A stretch of DNA of 64,000 nucleotides from an uncultured Rikenellaceae bacterium (GCA_963802145.1 CAWDHN010000012.1:291567-355566), one strand, 5' to 3'. Counted from the first letter of the stretch, positions 1-10,739 are shown. The notes: generated by a model from the sequence alone, not told the origin. Made by a program: numbers and translations.

Positions 1-3000
1 CCTCTCCGTCTCCCTTAAGGAAAACCCCGATGCTTCCGTCGTTTCTGGGGGTTACCACCTCAACATTAAACAAATTGCCTGCCGCAAGAATATCCTGATG
101 CCCGTCGCCGTCAAAATCATCGATGATCATATCATTTACAGATGATAACTGGGCCTCAACCGGCAATTTACGCATGGCAAACTCACCATTTCCCATGTTT
201 TCAAAATAGCAGCTGGCAAAGGTCTGGGCTTGCAGGTGAAGAGATTCTTTCAGCACCTCCTTTGTATAGACATCCGAAATCGTTGCTTCGGCGAAGCTTT
301 TAACCGTGGGGAACCTGAGGCTGAGCCCCGGATTCTGGGTCAGAAAACATGATCTGGTTCTCACCGGATATTGTTTGTTCCCCTGGTAATAGCTAAGTGC
401 TATATCTGATTTACCGTCCTGGTCAAAATCTGCAGCATAGACATCAAAAGTTTTTTCGGCACTTGCCTTATACCTGAAGTTTAATCCAAGGTTACCTGCA
501 ACCAGGTCAATGTCGCCGTCTTTATCGAAATCGGCACCCTCAATGCTGAACCACCAGCCTTTGGTCCCGGCTATCTCAGTCCTGCTGAATTTCCCGTTGC
601 TGTTTCTATAATAGCAAACGGGCATCCATTCCCCTGCCACGATCAGATCGGGCCATGAATCATTGTCAATATCAGCACATAAGGCATCTGTGATCATTCC
701 TGCTTTGCCAAGCTCAGGTGCAACTTTATCGGTAACATCCTCAAATTTCACAATCCCTTTTTCCGATTTGTTTTCGAGAATGTAGCTTTGAGCCGGGAAG
801 GGATATTGTCGTGGCACCTGTCTTCCGCCCACGAACAAATCCATGTCACCGTCTCTGTCAAAATCAAATGCCTTAACGCATGACCCGCTTGAAGTGGTTA
901 CCGGCAAAGCATTTTCATCCGTGATGAAGTTGCCCTTGCCATCATTGATGTAAAGCTGGTCCTGGTATTCTTTTGAACCTTCCGGAAATTCATAGCCACC
1001 GCTTACCACGTACAGATCGGGATCCCCGTCGTTGTCAGCATCAAACAGCAGGGAGCCCGTTTCTTCAAGCCTGTTGCCTTCTTTTTCCCAGGGTCCCTGT
1101 TGAACGCTGAATGTTCCATCAATGCCCTGAATGAATAATTGACCAGCGCTGTTGGATGCGTTTCCGACATAGAAATCTTCGAGCTGATCGCTGTTGACAT
1201 CTCCCACCGTAATGCCGGGACCGGTCATAGATAGTTTGTGAGGCAGAAGGGGCTGGTAATCGAAGTCGATAAAGCTATTCTCCTTATGGCTGAATCCGGG
1301 TTGTACCTGGTCAGTAATTTCCCGGAACAGTCTTTCCCTGGCAGCCGGAACTGACGGGGACATCGTTGCATCGGTGTAATGCAGCGTCAGCTTTTGATTG
1401 GTACTTACCTGCGTAAGGATTTGTACCTTCCCGTCGGGCCATTTTACACACAGGGAGTCTATCTTCTCATGACCGGCAAGGCCAAAATAGAGTATTGGTT
1501 CCACAGAAGACTGATACCCCCTTGACAGGGTCAGCTCTGCCATTTGCATTTTCCCATCATTCCATATGGTAACTCTTGAGCCTATTCCCATCATGTTTTT
1601 CGGAGTTCCTTCAAAATCAATTTTCAGGTAATTGCCCATCTGTTTTTCACGGGCAACATTTCTGTAAACCAGGGCTTCCCCGTCAACATCGTTAACGATA
1701 AGATCGAGGTCTCCGTCATTATCCAGATCGGCACAGGCAACGCTGTTTGAATAGCTTTCTTCCTTTATTCCCCATTCCCTGCCCCGATTCGAGAAAGTGA
1801 GGTCTCCGTTATTTTTATACAGGTAATTTACAAGTGGTTCATAAGGCATTTGCCGGACCCATTTCAATAACTCGCTATTGTTTACTTCCTTGTCAAAATA
1901 GGTTGATTCGTTCATTTTGTTGAAGTAATCAATATTATTGATATCCCTTCGGATGCCGTTAGTTATATACAGATCTTTCCATCCGTCAAGGTCAAAATCG
2001 GCAAACAGCGAAGCCCAGCTCCAGTCGGTTGATGTCACACCTGCAATCCATGCAGTATTGGTGAAGAATGGCAGGCCGTTATCCCTGATTCCCCTGTTCA
2101 GTTGCAGTGTACTGTACCGGTACTGATGGTGAAGTCCCTCCCTGATCATATCATCAAAATCTTCCCGGCTCATGCTGCTCATGTTTTCCTTGGCTCTCTG
2201 ATTATCTTCAGGAGCCATGTCAATTTGCATGACATCAGGCAGACCGTCATTATTATAGTCTGCAATATCATTTCCCATGCCGTAAAACGAGGTCTGGCCA
2301 ACTACATCTTTTGTCCTGTCGGTAAATGTACCATCGCCGTTATTGAAGAAATAGAAGTCCGGGCTGGTGAAATCATTTGAAATATAAAGGTCGTCATATC
2401 CGTCCTGGTTCAGGTCGCTGACCGTTGCGCTCAACGACAGGCCAAAAGTCAACAGACCTGCTTCAACCGTGACATCCGTATATGTGGCATCTCCGTTGTT
2501 TCTGTATAAATGTCCAGATTCATCCAGTCTGGCATTGTTCATCATTTGCCGGTAAAAGAATGGAGGCGCCTTGAACTGGGTGATAGGGTAATTTGCAACG
2601 TACAAATCGAGATCCCCGTCCTTATCGTAGTCGAAGAATGTTGTCTGTGAGCTTTTCCCGTTATCATCAATGCCATATCTGGCTGCTTCTTCCCTGAACA
2701 GGGGTATCCCTCCGGCATTGTTTCCCTGGTTTACAAACAGCAGGTTCCTGCAATTGTCATCTATTCCGGAAACACTCACATAAATGTCGGGCAGTCCGTC
2801 CTCATTTATATCACATATGGTTGAACCCAGCATCCAGCGGTTGTCGCCACCTGTGCCGGATATTTCGGTAACGTCTTTAAACTTCAGATTTCCCATATTG
2901 AGATACAGGCGGTTGCTGACCATGTTACCTGTAAAATAGATATCCGTCAGGCTGTCGTTATTGAAGTCTCCAACGGAGACTCCGCCACCCATATACATGT

Positions 3001-3205
3001 AGGGGTAAAGAAAATAGTTAAAAGTATCGGTTTCCGTAAGCGTATTCCTGAAAGTAATATTTGTTTCCCGGGAGGATAATTTAGTGAAGAGACGATCTTC
3101 CCCGGTTTTTCCGGGATTGCATGAGATACAGCTGGCAAGAACAGCAACCAATGCAACTATGGGATAAACTCTTTTACCGTACTCAAGTACCAAAAGCTTA
3201 ATCAT
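1..3205 (-). CDS. FG-GAP/VCBS-repeat, ASPIC/UnbV-type (CRTAC1-family) lipoprotein; the 3' end runs off the window
   Basis: Absent from the ORF track because it has no in-window stop. Hand translation from the ATG at 3205 gives MIKLLVLEYGKRVYPIVALVAVLASCISCNPGK (lipoprotein-like signal). Repeated FG-GAP Ca-binding-type motifs follow: GDFNNDSLTDIY, CDINEDGLPDIY, FDYDKDGDLDLY, SDLNQDGYDDLY, ADYNNDGLPDV, ADFDLDGWKDLY. The same frame is still open at nt 2-133 (DMIIDDFDGDGHQDILAAGNLFNVEVVTPRNDGS). No listed ORF terminates in this frame, which fits one continuous frame of about 1068 codons. Confidence 0.8.
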   Translation of the reverse strand, partial: MIKLLVLEYGKRVYPIVALVAVLASCISCNPGKTGEDRLFTKLSSRETNITFRNTLTETDTFNYFLYPYMYMGGGVSVGDFNNDSLTDIYFTGNMVSNRLYLNMGNLKFKDVTEISGTGGDNRWMLGSTICDINEDGLPDIYVSVSGIDDNCRNLLFVNQGNNAGGIPLFREEAARYGIDDNGKSSQTTFFDYDKDGDLDLYVANYPITQFKAPPFFYRQMMNNARLDESGHLYRNNGDATYTDVTVEAGLLTFGLSLSATVSDLNQDGYDDLYISNDFTSPDFYFFNNGDGTFTDRTKDVVGQTSFYGMGNDIADYNNDGLPDVMQIDMAPEDNQRAKENMSSMSREDFDDMIREGLHHQYRYSTLQLNRGIRDNGLPFFTNTAWIAGVTSTDWSWASLFADFDLDGWKDLYITNGIRRDINNIDYFNKMNESTYFDKEVNNSELLKWVRQMPYEPLVNYLYKNNGDLTFSNRGREWGIKEESYSNSVACADLDNDGDLDLIVNDVDGEALVYRNVAREKQMGNYLKIDFEGTPKNMMGIGSRVTIWNDGKMQMAELTLSRGYQSSVEPILYFGLAGHEKIDSLCVKWPDGKVQILTQVSTNQKLTLHYTDATMSPSVPAARERLFREITDQVQPGFSHKENSFIDFDYQPLLPHKLSMTGPGITVGDVNSDQLEDFYVGNASNSAGQLFIQGIDGTFSVQQGPWEKEGNRLEETGSLLFDADNDGDPDLYVVSGGYEFPEGSKEYQDQLYINDGKGNFITDENALPVTTSSGSCVKAFDFDRDGDMDLFVGGRQVPRQYPFPAQSYILENKSEKGIVKFEDVTDKVAPELGKAGMITDALCADIDNDSWPDLIVAGEWMPVCYYRNSNGKFSRTEIAGTKGWWFSIEGADFDKDGDIDLVAGNLGLNFRYKASAEKTFDVYAADFDQDGKSDIALSYYQGNKQYPVRTRSCFLTQNPGLSLRFPTVKSFAEATISDVYTKEVLKESLHLQAQTFASCYFENMGNGEFAMRKLPVEAQLSSVNDMIIDDFDGDGHQDILAAGNLFNVEVVTPRNDGSIGVFLKGDGE

Positions 3206-3252
3206 AAGGTTGAAATTATAAGCAAGAAGGGCTGAATGTACATAATTTAACC

Positions 3253-3286
3253 AAAAAAATGGTCCTGTTTTGCAGGACCATTTTTT
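3253..3286 (-). terminator. Rho-independent terminator hairpin between the SusD-like gene and the FG-GAP/ASPIC gene
   Basis: Perfect 9-bp inverted repeat atggtcctg (3259-3267) / caggaccat (3273-3281) with a 5-nt loop. It is flanked by A7 (3253-3259) and a T-run (3281-3286), so it reads as stem plus U-run on either strand. Confidence 0.6.
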
Positions 3287-3309
3287 CAAATCATAACATT
3301 TGATATGTT

Positions 3310-4938
3310 TTACCAACCCGGATTCTGATCTGTCTGCTCAATATTAGGGTTAACATCGATTTCCTTCTGAGGAATAGGCCAGAGATAATGTTTGGCGGGA
3401 TTGAAAACCAAAGCAGCCTGGTCGGCCTTGGGAGTAGTGGGCTTGCATTCGTTCTGGATGAAGTCGGCAAGTCTGCCCCATCTTACAAGGTCTCCGTAGC
3501 GAACCTGTTCACCGCATAATTCAACCTTGCGTTCATGTTCCAGAGCAACCATGAACTGAGCCAGATTGGAAACCGGATATGAGGTATTCATTGCGGCTGT
3601 GCCATATAACGGAAGATTAACATCTGCTCTTGCCCTTACCTGGTTCATTAATGCGACAGCGGCTGTAAGGCTTCCACCCGGGCGGTTAGCTTCTGCTTCG
3701 GCCTTCATCAGCAATACATCGGCATACCTGATAACCTTCATGTTGATGCCTGACTGGTTTCCGGCAACAGCTCCTTCAGTAGCAGCCTTGTAGTAGTTCT
3801 GGTATTTTCTCCAGCCTCTTCTCTGGTAAAAATCGATCTGATTCCCGTCCTTATCAAGTACGGTAACCGGATCAACTGTAATGGTCATTGTATTGTTATT
3901 ATACAGATCACCAGTCTGGTAAGCGCAATAACCGCGCCTCGGATCGATTTTTGACCCATTGTCGGCGGCAGTTTCGAATTCGTTCCACAGATCTTCTGAG
4001 ACGAATACGTTGAACCAGTTTAAGCAACCATATTCCTGTGCCCTGAAAGTAGATTCGTTTTTACCTTCGTCCGTTCTGTCAGAATTCCACTGCTGGGAAT
4101 AACCGGCTTCGATGTTAAACTGGACTTCGAAGAGCGATTCCGGACCATTTTCGGTTTCTTCCATGAAATTCCTGAAATATTCAGGTTCGAGTGAATAGCC
4201 GGTAATATTATTAAAGGCTTCCAGAGCTCCCGAGTAGTTTTCCTGATACAACCGTGCTTTGCCCAGCAGCGCCCATGCGGCTCCTGAGGTAACCCTTCCG
4301 GGTTCTTCAGCAGCTTTGGAGAGACATTTTGCAGCAGCGTCTGCACAGTCGGCTTCTATCTGAGCCCAGACAGCTTCTTTGGGCGATTTGGCAAGACCAT
4401 CTTTCTCTGCGGGATCAGTTCCCAGATAGAGGGGAATATCACCATATCTGGTAACCAGGTTGAAATAATATAACGCCCTGAGGAATTTTGCCTCACCGAT
4501 ATACTTATCTCTTGTGGCCGCAGGTAAAATACTGGTGGGGATATTATCAGTCATTGCCTGCTCATTGTTGATTACAAAATTGGCTTTGTTGATGCCCCTG
4601 TAGCAAGAACTCCAGTAAGCTTCCATCAAACCATGATTCGGACCGAATGAGAAATTCAGCCACTCTCGTTTATCGGCCTCCTGCTGTGAGTTACATGTAT
4701 TTTCATGAGCCATGTTTTCACTGCTGTACCACATGCCACGGTTGTACATACCTGTTGTCTGCAAGCTTCCGTAAACAGCATTCACAGCTGACTGCACCTG
4801 GGAAGGAGTAGTAAAATAGGTGTCAGGTGAAAGTTGGTTCGGATTCGTAAGTTCCAGTTTATTTGCATCACAGGAGAAAAACAGAACCAACGCACTTAAA
4901 ATCAGTGCAGGAGTAAAATATTTTATAAATCTTTTCAT
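3310..4938 (-). CDS. susD: SusD/RagB-family nutrient-binding outer-membrane lipoprotein
   Basis: 542 aa with a lipoprotein signal (ALVLFFSCD). Helical SusD-like sequence (KFLRALYYFNLVTRYGDIPL, ADVLLMKAEA). It starts 19 nt downstream of the SusC-like gene, the canonical pairing. Confidence 0.88.
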   Translation of the reverse strand: MKRFIKYFTPALILSALVLFFSCDANKLELTNPNQLSPDTYFTTPSQVQSAVNAVYGSLQTTGMYNRGMWYSSENMAHENTCNSQQEADKREWLNFSFGPNHGLMEAYWSSCYRGINKANFVINNEQAMTDNIPTSILPAATRDKYIGEAKFLRALYYFNLVTRYGDIPLYLGTDPAEKDGLAKSPKEAVWAQIEADCADAAAKCLSKAAEEPGRVTSGAAWALLGKARLYQENYSGALEAFNNITGYSLEPEYFRNFMEETENGPESLFEVQFNIEAGYSQQWNSDRTDEGKNESTFRAQEYGCLNWFNVFVSEDLWNEFETAADNGSKIDPRRGYCAYQTGDLYNNNTMTITVDPVTVLDKDGNQIDFYQRRGWRKYQNYYKAATEGAVAGNQSGINMKVIRYADVLLMKAEAEANRPGGSLTAAVALMNQVRARADVNLPLYGTAAMNTSYPVSNLAQFMVALEHERKVELCGEQVRYGDLVRWGRLADFIQNECKPTTPKADQAALVFNPAKHYLWPIPQKEIDVNPNIEQTDQNPGW

Positions 4939-4957
4939 AATAATTCTGTTTTATAGG

Positions 4958-7900
4958 TTAGAATGTTATTTGGAAACCACCAATAACTGATTTTGGTATA
5001 GGATAATTACCTACATCAATTCCATTGGAATAGTTGGTTGTAGATGTCTGAGGAGCCCCAATTAGTCCTAATGTAGTTCCACTTATACCGGCGTTATATC
5101 TGCCAACCTCAGGATCCAAACCGGAGTAGTTTGTTACAGTAATCATGTTCTGTGCACTGATATAAACCCTGAACCTGGTAAGTTTGTTTTTCGTCAGATT
5201 TGCTGGTATGTTATAACCAAGCGTTATGTTTTTCAGTTTTGTATAGGCACCATCCTCGACAAAACGGTCGGATGCTTCGACGTTTACAGAAACATCACCG
5301 GCCCTTGGAATGGTATTTGATGGATTATCGGGTGTCCATCTGTCAAGAACCTCAACACCGGCATTGAATAACCTGGGCATACCCTGCAGGTCGTAGATGT
5401 TGGTGTTATAAAGCTTGTTGCCATAGACACCGCTGATGAAGATATTCAGGTCAAAGCCTTTGTATGAAGCATTGAGGTCAAGACCAACTGTGGCTTTGGG
5501 GAAGGGGTTACCGATATTCGTTCTGTCATCCACGGTGATTTTGCCATCACCATTGGTGTCTGAAATACGGAAGTCACCTGCGGTTGAAGAATAAAGAGCT
5601 TTCTGCGTACCTCCCATATAGGTATTGGCTTCATCAGCTGTCTGGAAGATACCGTCGAAATCCCATCCGTAGAAGAAGAAAGCTTGTTCTCCTACCTGGC
5701 ATCTGTTCAGGTCTTCACCTTCAAAACCAAATCCTGAAATATAGGTGGCACCACCAAGTGATTTGACTTCATTCTTGAAAGTACCAAGGTTTAAACTGGC
5801 CGACCATTGAAATTCTCCTTCAAAATCGTTGTATCCCAGCTGCAATTCAAACCCGCTTGTTTCCATGGAGCCTGCATTCTTGCTGATCGTGCCCCTGAAG
5901 TCACCCGTGGAGAGGGTCAGTGGAACCTGCATCAGAAGGTCATCGCTCGCGTTCATATAATATTCGGCCGACAAGGTAAACTGGTTATTGAATAAACCCA
6001 GATCCAATCCGATGTTGGTCATGGTTGTTTCCTCCCATTTCAGATCGGGATTTGCGGCACCACCGGGGGTAGTTCCAACGACAGGCAAATCGTCTATTAC
6101 ATAATACATATTTGAGGTAAGCGAAGAAGAATAGGCATAATCAGGGATCTTGTCATTACCTGCCATACCCCAGCTTGCTCTGAGTTTTAAGTTGTTGATA
6201 GCAGAAACGTTGCTCATGAAAGCTTCCCTGGCAATGTTCCAGCCCACTGAAACCGAGGGGAAGGTACCCCATCTGTTGTTGGCACCAAACCTTGAAGAAG
6301 CATCAGTTCTGATTGAAGCCGAAAACAGGTACTTCCCGTCATAATTATAGTTTAATCTGCCCAGGTAACTAATTCTGTAATAATTAAATGACGATGAGCT
6401 TAATGAAGCACTGGAGGAACTCAATTCCTGAATCTCGTTTGTAATATTGTTCTGTGAACTGGCATTCTGCACCTTTGAGAGAACATCGCTGTATTCAGTC
6501 AGTGCCAAAGCCTCAAAATTATGTTTATCAGCAACTGTAAGACCATAATTCAGGCTGTTTGTAAATATCAGTGCACTGTAGTTGGCCTGGTTTTTCGTAA
6601 TGGTGGCAAAAGTTGCCTGGTGAGTAGCGCCACCCAGGTTATCATCATTAAATGTGGGGGCGAACTGTTCGTCACGTAAGCTTTGACCTTCAATACCGAC
6701 ATTGGACCTGAATTTAAGGCCTTTAACAATATCCAGTTCACCGTAGATATTACCCAGGATGGTCACTGAATTCCGTACGCGGCTGTTCAGTTCCATGATT
6801 CTGACGGGGTTTTCAGCATCCTGTCCGTCGATGGAGGTCGTCGGACCCTGATATCCGCCCAGGTTGTTTTCATTGTAAACCGGCAGATAGGGGGCCATTT
6901 TAATGGCATGTTCCAGAAGGGAACGTCCGCCGTTATCAGCCAGAGGATCCTGTGAGCCGTATGTTAAGCTGAAGTTCTCCCCGATTTTCAGAATGCCCTT
7001 TTTAAAATCACTGTTGGCCCTGAAGTTGTATCTTTCCATACCGGTATAGATAACAATACCCCTTTGATTCTGATATCCGGTTGACAACCTGAAGGTACTG
7101 TTTTCATTACCCCCGGAGAGAGAAAGGTCATAATTCTGCATTGGACCAGTCTGATATATCTCTTCCTGCCAATCGGTTTCACCGCCTTCAGGCCGGCTCG
7201 GACCTATACCGGCCAAACGATCTGCATATGTAGGATTTACATAGACCGTAGGTGTGGTAAATGCCCCACCTGTGGCATATTCCCGATATTCCGCAGCATC
7301 CAGCAAATCATATCTTTTCGTTGTGTACTGAACCCCGAAATAGCTCTCGAAATCAACTGTAACCTTACCGGCCTGGCCTTTCTTGGTGGTGATCAGTATA
7401 ACGCCGTTCGACCCCAGTGAACCATAAATAGCAGCTGTGGAGGCGTCTTTCAGAACTTCAATTCTTTCAATGTCGGAAGGATTGAGGTTATTGATGGTGG
7501 TTGACACAACGCCGTCAATAACGTACAGGGGATTAGCGTCGTTAACCGTACTTATACCCCTGACCCTGACTGTAGCTGCAACACCCGGAGAACCATTGCT
7601 GATAACTACCAGGCCAGCTGCACGTCCCTGCAATGCCTGGTCAAAGTTTCCCACAGGCACTGCGTTAAGTTTTTCGGATGAAACCGATGATATGGCACCG
7701 GTCACATCGGCCCTTCTCTGAGTACCATATCCTACAACAACAATTTCACCTAAAGCAAGTGATTCTGTCTGAAGGGTCACATTCAGAACCGAGCTGGTTC
7801 CGACAGGTACCTCCTGCGTTGTGAATCCAATAAAGCTGATAACAAGTGTTCCTCCGGGCGAGGGAACATTTATGGTAAACTTACCATCGTTATCTGTCAG

Positions 7901-8059
7901 TACTCCTATCTGGGTGCCTTTCACGACAACGTTGGCACTTGCAACAGGTTGCTGCTTGTCGTCAAGCACAGTTCCGGTTACAGTTCTCTGCGCATATATG
8001 CCAGCGGCACTGCAGACAGAGAATAAAAGCAACAGGATGACTTTAAGTAGTTTTTTCAT
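4958..8059 (-). CDS. susC: SusC/RagA-family TonB-dependent outer-membrane receptor
   Basis: 1033 aa with a signal peptide. It has a carboxypeptidase-regulatory-like N-domain (TVTGTVLDDKQQPVASANVVVKGT), a plug region (VVVGYGTQRRADVTGAIS; RVRGISTVNDANPLYVIDGV) and a beta-barrel ending in a terminal Phe (GGFQITF). There is no N-terminal STN/anti-sigma extension. Confidence 0.93.
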   Translation of the reverse strand: MKKLLKVILLLLFSVCSAAGIYAQRTVTGTVLDDKQQPVASANVVVKGTQIGVLTDNDGKFTINVPSPGGTLVISFIGFTTQEVPVGTSSVLNVTLQTESLALGEIVVVGYGTQRRADVTGAISSVSSEKLNAVPVGNFDQALQGRAAGLVVISNGSPGVAATVRVRGISTVNDANPLYVIDGVVSTTINNLNPSDIERIEVLKDASTAAIYGSLGSNGVILITTKKGQAGKVTVDFESYFGVQYTTKRYDLLDAAEYREYATGGAFTTPTVYVNPTYADRLAGIGPSRPEGGETDWQEEIYQTGPMQNYDLSLSGGNENSTFRLSTGYQNQRGIVIYTGMERYNFRANSDFKKGILKIGENFSLTYGSQDPLADNGGRSLLEHAIKMAPYLPVYNENNLGGYQGPTTSIDGQDAENPVRIMELNSRVRNSVTILGNIYGELDIVKGLKFRSNVGIEGQSLRDEQFAPTFNDDNLGGATHQATFATITKNQANYSALIFTNSLNYGLTVADKHNFEALALTEYSDVLSKVQNASSQNNITNEIQELSSSSASLSSSSFNYYRISYLGRLNYNYDGKYLFSASIRTDASSRFGANNRWGTFPSVSVGWNIAREAFMSNVSAINNLKLRASWGMAGNDKIPDYAYSSSLTSNMYYVIDDLPVVGTTPGGAANPDLKWEETTMTNIGLDLGLFNNQFTLSAEYYMNASDDLLMQVPLTLSTGDFRGTISKNAGSMETSGFELQLGYNDFEGEFQWSASLNLGTFKNEVKSLGGATYISGFGFEGEDLNRCQVGEQAFFFYGWDFDGIFQTADEANTYMGGTQKALYSSTAGDFRISDTNGDGKITVDDRTNIGNPFPKATVGLDLNASYKGFDLNIFISGVYGNKLYNTNIYDLQGMPRLFNAGVEVLDRWTPDNPSNTIPRAGDVSVNVEASDRFVEDGAYTKLKNITLGYNIPANLTKNKLTRFRVYISAQNMITVTNYSGLDPEVGRYNAGISGTTLGLIGAPQTSTTNYSNGIDVGNYPIPKSVIGGFQITF

Positions 8060-8515
8060 GCCTAATTCGGGTTAGATTATAGTTTAAAAGAATACTTGAA
8101 ACTCGTGTTCGGGGTGGCTTGTAAAATTCTGTCAGGGTTGTTCATTATATATAGGTGCAATTTGCAATACCAGATCAAGAATAAGTGTAAATAGAACACT
8201 AAAACACAAATATAAACAAATTAAAATAACATTAAAACAATTTTTAATATTTTTTTACGAAAAATTAAAAAAAATATATTGCCTGCCCCGTAACTGCCTT
8301 AAAAACTCAAACAACCTGTCCTGTTCGGCCAGGGAGGCACACAAAGTCCATGAACCTTATATAACAGGATATCAGTGGCTAACAGGGGTCTCAATGTAAA
8401 TAATCTACTTCTCCTGGAGATACCTTACCTTTCGGGTGGGAGTACGATTTTGCGATTAAAAACTTGTTAAAAAGGACCGGAAATTGCTATATTGCCAAAA
8501 AGTTACTCTAAATCA

Positions 8516-9193
8516 ATGAAGATCCTGATTGTCGAGGATGAGACCAAGGTGGCGTCATTTATTAAAAGAGGCCTTGAGGAGAACCATTATGAGGTTGATC
8601 TGGCTTACGACAGCGAGTTTGCTGAAAAACTTGCCATACAGTATAAATATAATCTCTTCATCCTTGATGTCATCATTCCCGGTACCGGAGGCCTTAAATT
8701 ATGCAAAAAGTTCAAGACGGACTTTCCGGATGTCCCGGTTCTTATGCTCACCGCCCTGGGAACCACTGATGACAAGCTCGCCGGTTTTGACGCCGGAGCC
8801 AATGATTACCTCGTAAAGCCATTTGAATTCCGGGAATTGCTTGCGAGAGTGAAAGTTCTTCTGAAAACATCCGGTCCGGCACGTGAAACATCCGACACTC
8901 TCAGGTTTGACGACCTTGAACTTGACCTTGACAGGAAAGCGGTTCGGAGGGGAAACAAATATATCAGTTTGACAGCCAAGGAGTTCTCCCTTCTCGAATA
9001 TTTCATGAGAAATGCAGGCAGGGTACTTTCAAGAAATGATATTGCCGAAAAGGTATGGAATGCCAGTTTCGATTTCAGCACAAATGTTGTGGATGTTTAT
9101 GTCAATTTCCTGCGGAAGAAAATTGATAAGGGACATAATAAAAAACTGATCCAGACCAAGGTGGGTTTCGGTTATATTTTCGGAGACCGATAG
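8516..9193 (+). CDS. OmpR/PhoB-family response regulator
   Basis: Receiver domain (MKILIVEDE, FILDVIIPG, LMLTALG, DDYLVKPF) plus a winged-helix output domain (LTAKEFSLLEYFMRNAGRVLSR, VDVYVNFLRKKID). The track ORF starts at TTG 8492. The in-frame ATG at 8516 gives the canonical MKILIVEDE N-terminus. Confidence 0.9.
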   Translation: MKILIVEDETKVASFIKRGLEENHYEVDLAYDSEFAEKLAIQYKYNLFILDVIIPGTGGLKLCKKFKTDFPDVPVLMLTALGTTDDKLAGFDAGANDYLVKPFEFRELLARVKVLLKTSGPARETSDTLRFDDLELDLDRKAVRRGNKYISLTAKEFSLLEYFMRNAGRVLSRNDIAEKVWNASFDFSTNVVDVYVNFLRKKIDKGHNKKLIQTKVGFGYIFGDR

Positions 9194-9212
9194 GATAAGA
9201 ATTCAGGCCAGA

Positions 9213-10589
9213 ATGCAGATAAGAACCCGGTTGACGCTTCAGTTTCTCCTGCTGGGAGGATTGATAATGCTGATTGCTTCGCTTGCCATTTACTATTTTT
9301 CGGCTAACCTCAGGAGGAACGACTTTAACCATCTCCTTAAATCGAGGACCGAAAGCGTAGCAAGGCTTGTGCTCGACAGCTATGAATACAATACAAACCT
9401 TATCCTGAGGAGTGGGTCCGGAAACCCTGACAGACTCCTGGGTGAAAAATTCCTGATTGTCACCCTGGACACGAATATTCTGTTCACAAACGACAAAAAC
9501 TGGAAATTAGAAGAAATCAATACCATCATCGGGCAGGTAAGAGCCGGCAAGGATGTGTTTTATAGGGACTATCCCTATGATATCCTGGGGACGACGCATA
9601 ATGCAGGATCATCCGAATTTGTCGTAATTGGTGCAGCTATCGACAATGACGGCCAATTGCACCTGAAAAAACTGAGAATCATTCTCATGGTGGTTTGCCT
9701 TACCAGCCTTGTCTCATTCTTTTTCGCGGGGTGGTTCTTTTCGGGGAAAGCCCTTAAACCAATCTCAAAGGTGGTGAAGAAGGTCGAGGATATATCAATA
9801 ACCAGTCTGAACTTAAGAGTTCCCGAAGGCAATGGCACTGACGAGATCGGAAGGCTGGCCAAAACCTTCAATAAAATGCTCGGGCGTCTTGAGACATCAT
9901 TTGGCATGCAGAAGAGTTTTATTGCAAATGCATCGCATGAGCTCCGAACACCTCTTACCTCAATCAACGGACAGATTGAGGTCCTGATGATGGAGGACCG
10001 GACAACGGAAGACTATAAAAATACACTTGGCTCAGTACTCGAAGACATCAAATCACTTATCTCCCTCTCAAACAGATTGATCCTGATTGCCAGGACCGCC
10101 TCGGAAGGCCCGACTGGTTATAATAATAAAATCAGTATGGACGAGATCATCTGGCAGGCCCTTGAAGAGATGAAAAGATACAATCCCTCCTATAATATTG
10201 ATATTTCACTTGATGATTCTGTTACCGATTCTGAAAAGTTAACAGTCGCCGGAGATGAATACCTTCTTAAAACAGCAGTTTCCAACCTGATCGAAAATGC
10301 ATGCAAATATTCTTCGGACCATTCTGTCAATATCGCGATCGGATGTGAGGAGCAGTATGTAAAGGTGATTTTCGAAGACAAGGGTATCGGCATACATGAG
10401 GAAGATATACAGAAAATCATTGAGCCTTTTTACAGAGGTACAAATACCGCAGGAATTCCGGGAACGGGCATTGGCCTGTCACTTGTGGATCAGATCATTA
10501 AAAACCATAACGGAACAATCAGCATCAACTCAAAGCCAGGCGAGGGTACACGGATTACCCTCCTGCTTCCGGCACTCTCATCAGATTAA
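9213..10589 (+). CDS. Sensor histidine kinase (two TM segments, HAMP, HisKA, HATPase_c)
   Basis: Two TM helices flank a periplasmic segment of about 130 aa. H-box ANASHELRTPLTSI; N/G boxes NLIENACKYS, FEDKGIGI, GTGIGLSLV. It starts 19 nt after the response regulator. Confidence 0.9.
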   Translation: MQIRTRLTLQFLLLGGLIMLIASLAIYYFSANLRRNDFNHLLKSRTESVARLVLDSYEYNTNLILRSGSGNPDRLLGEKFLIVTLDTNILFTNDKNWKLEEINTIIGQVRAGKDVFYRDYPYDILGTTHNAGSSEFVVIGAAIDNDGQLHLKKLRIILMVVCLTSLVSFFFAGWFFSGKALKPISKVVKKVEDISITSLNLRVPEGNGTDEIGRLAKTFNKMLGRLETSFGMQKSFIANASHELRTPLTSINGQIEVLMMEDRTTEDYKNTLGSVLEDIKSLISLSNRLILIARTASEGPTGYNNKISMDEIIWQALEEMKRYNPSYNIDISLDDSVTDSEKLTVAGDEYLLKTAVSNLIENACKYSSDHSVNIAIGCEEQYVKVIFEDKGIGIHEEDIQKIIEPFYRGTNTAGIPGTGIGLSLVDQIIKNHNGTISINSKPGEGTRITLLLPALSSD

Positions 10590-10739
10590 ATTTTTTTTAA
10601 TTTTATTTTAATTGCGGTTTAATTTCAGCCTGATAAATTTAGGCTGGTTAATCTCTTCGGTAAACAGGTTAGACAGTACTTGCTTGAACATTATTTGTAT
10701 GCATTCTATATATCTGGAACCCTTTAACTCAGACCTGTT

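Noticed and set aside
2947-4346. Short ORFs nested in or opposite the FG-GAP/ASPIC and SusD genes (2947-3156, 3566-3793, 4020-4346)
   Set aside because: They are in frames other than the long, motif-rich reading frames and show no recognisable features.
8207-8214. CAAATATA (reverse complement TATATTTG) as a Bacteroidota -7 promoter element (TAnnTTTG) for susC
   Set aside because: It is a single 8-mer match inside a very AT-rich 456-bp spacer, where such matches are expected by chance. I could not pair a -33 element with it confidently.
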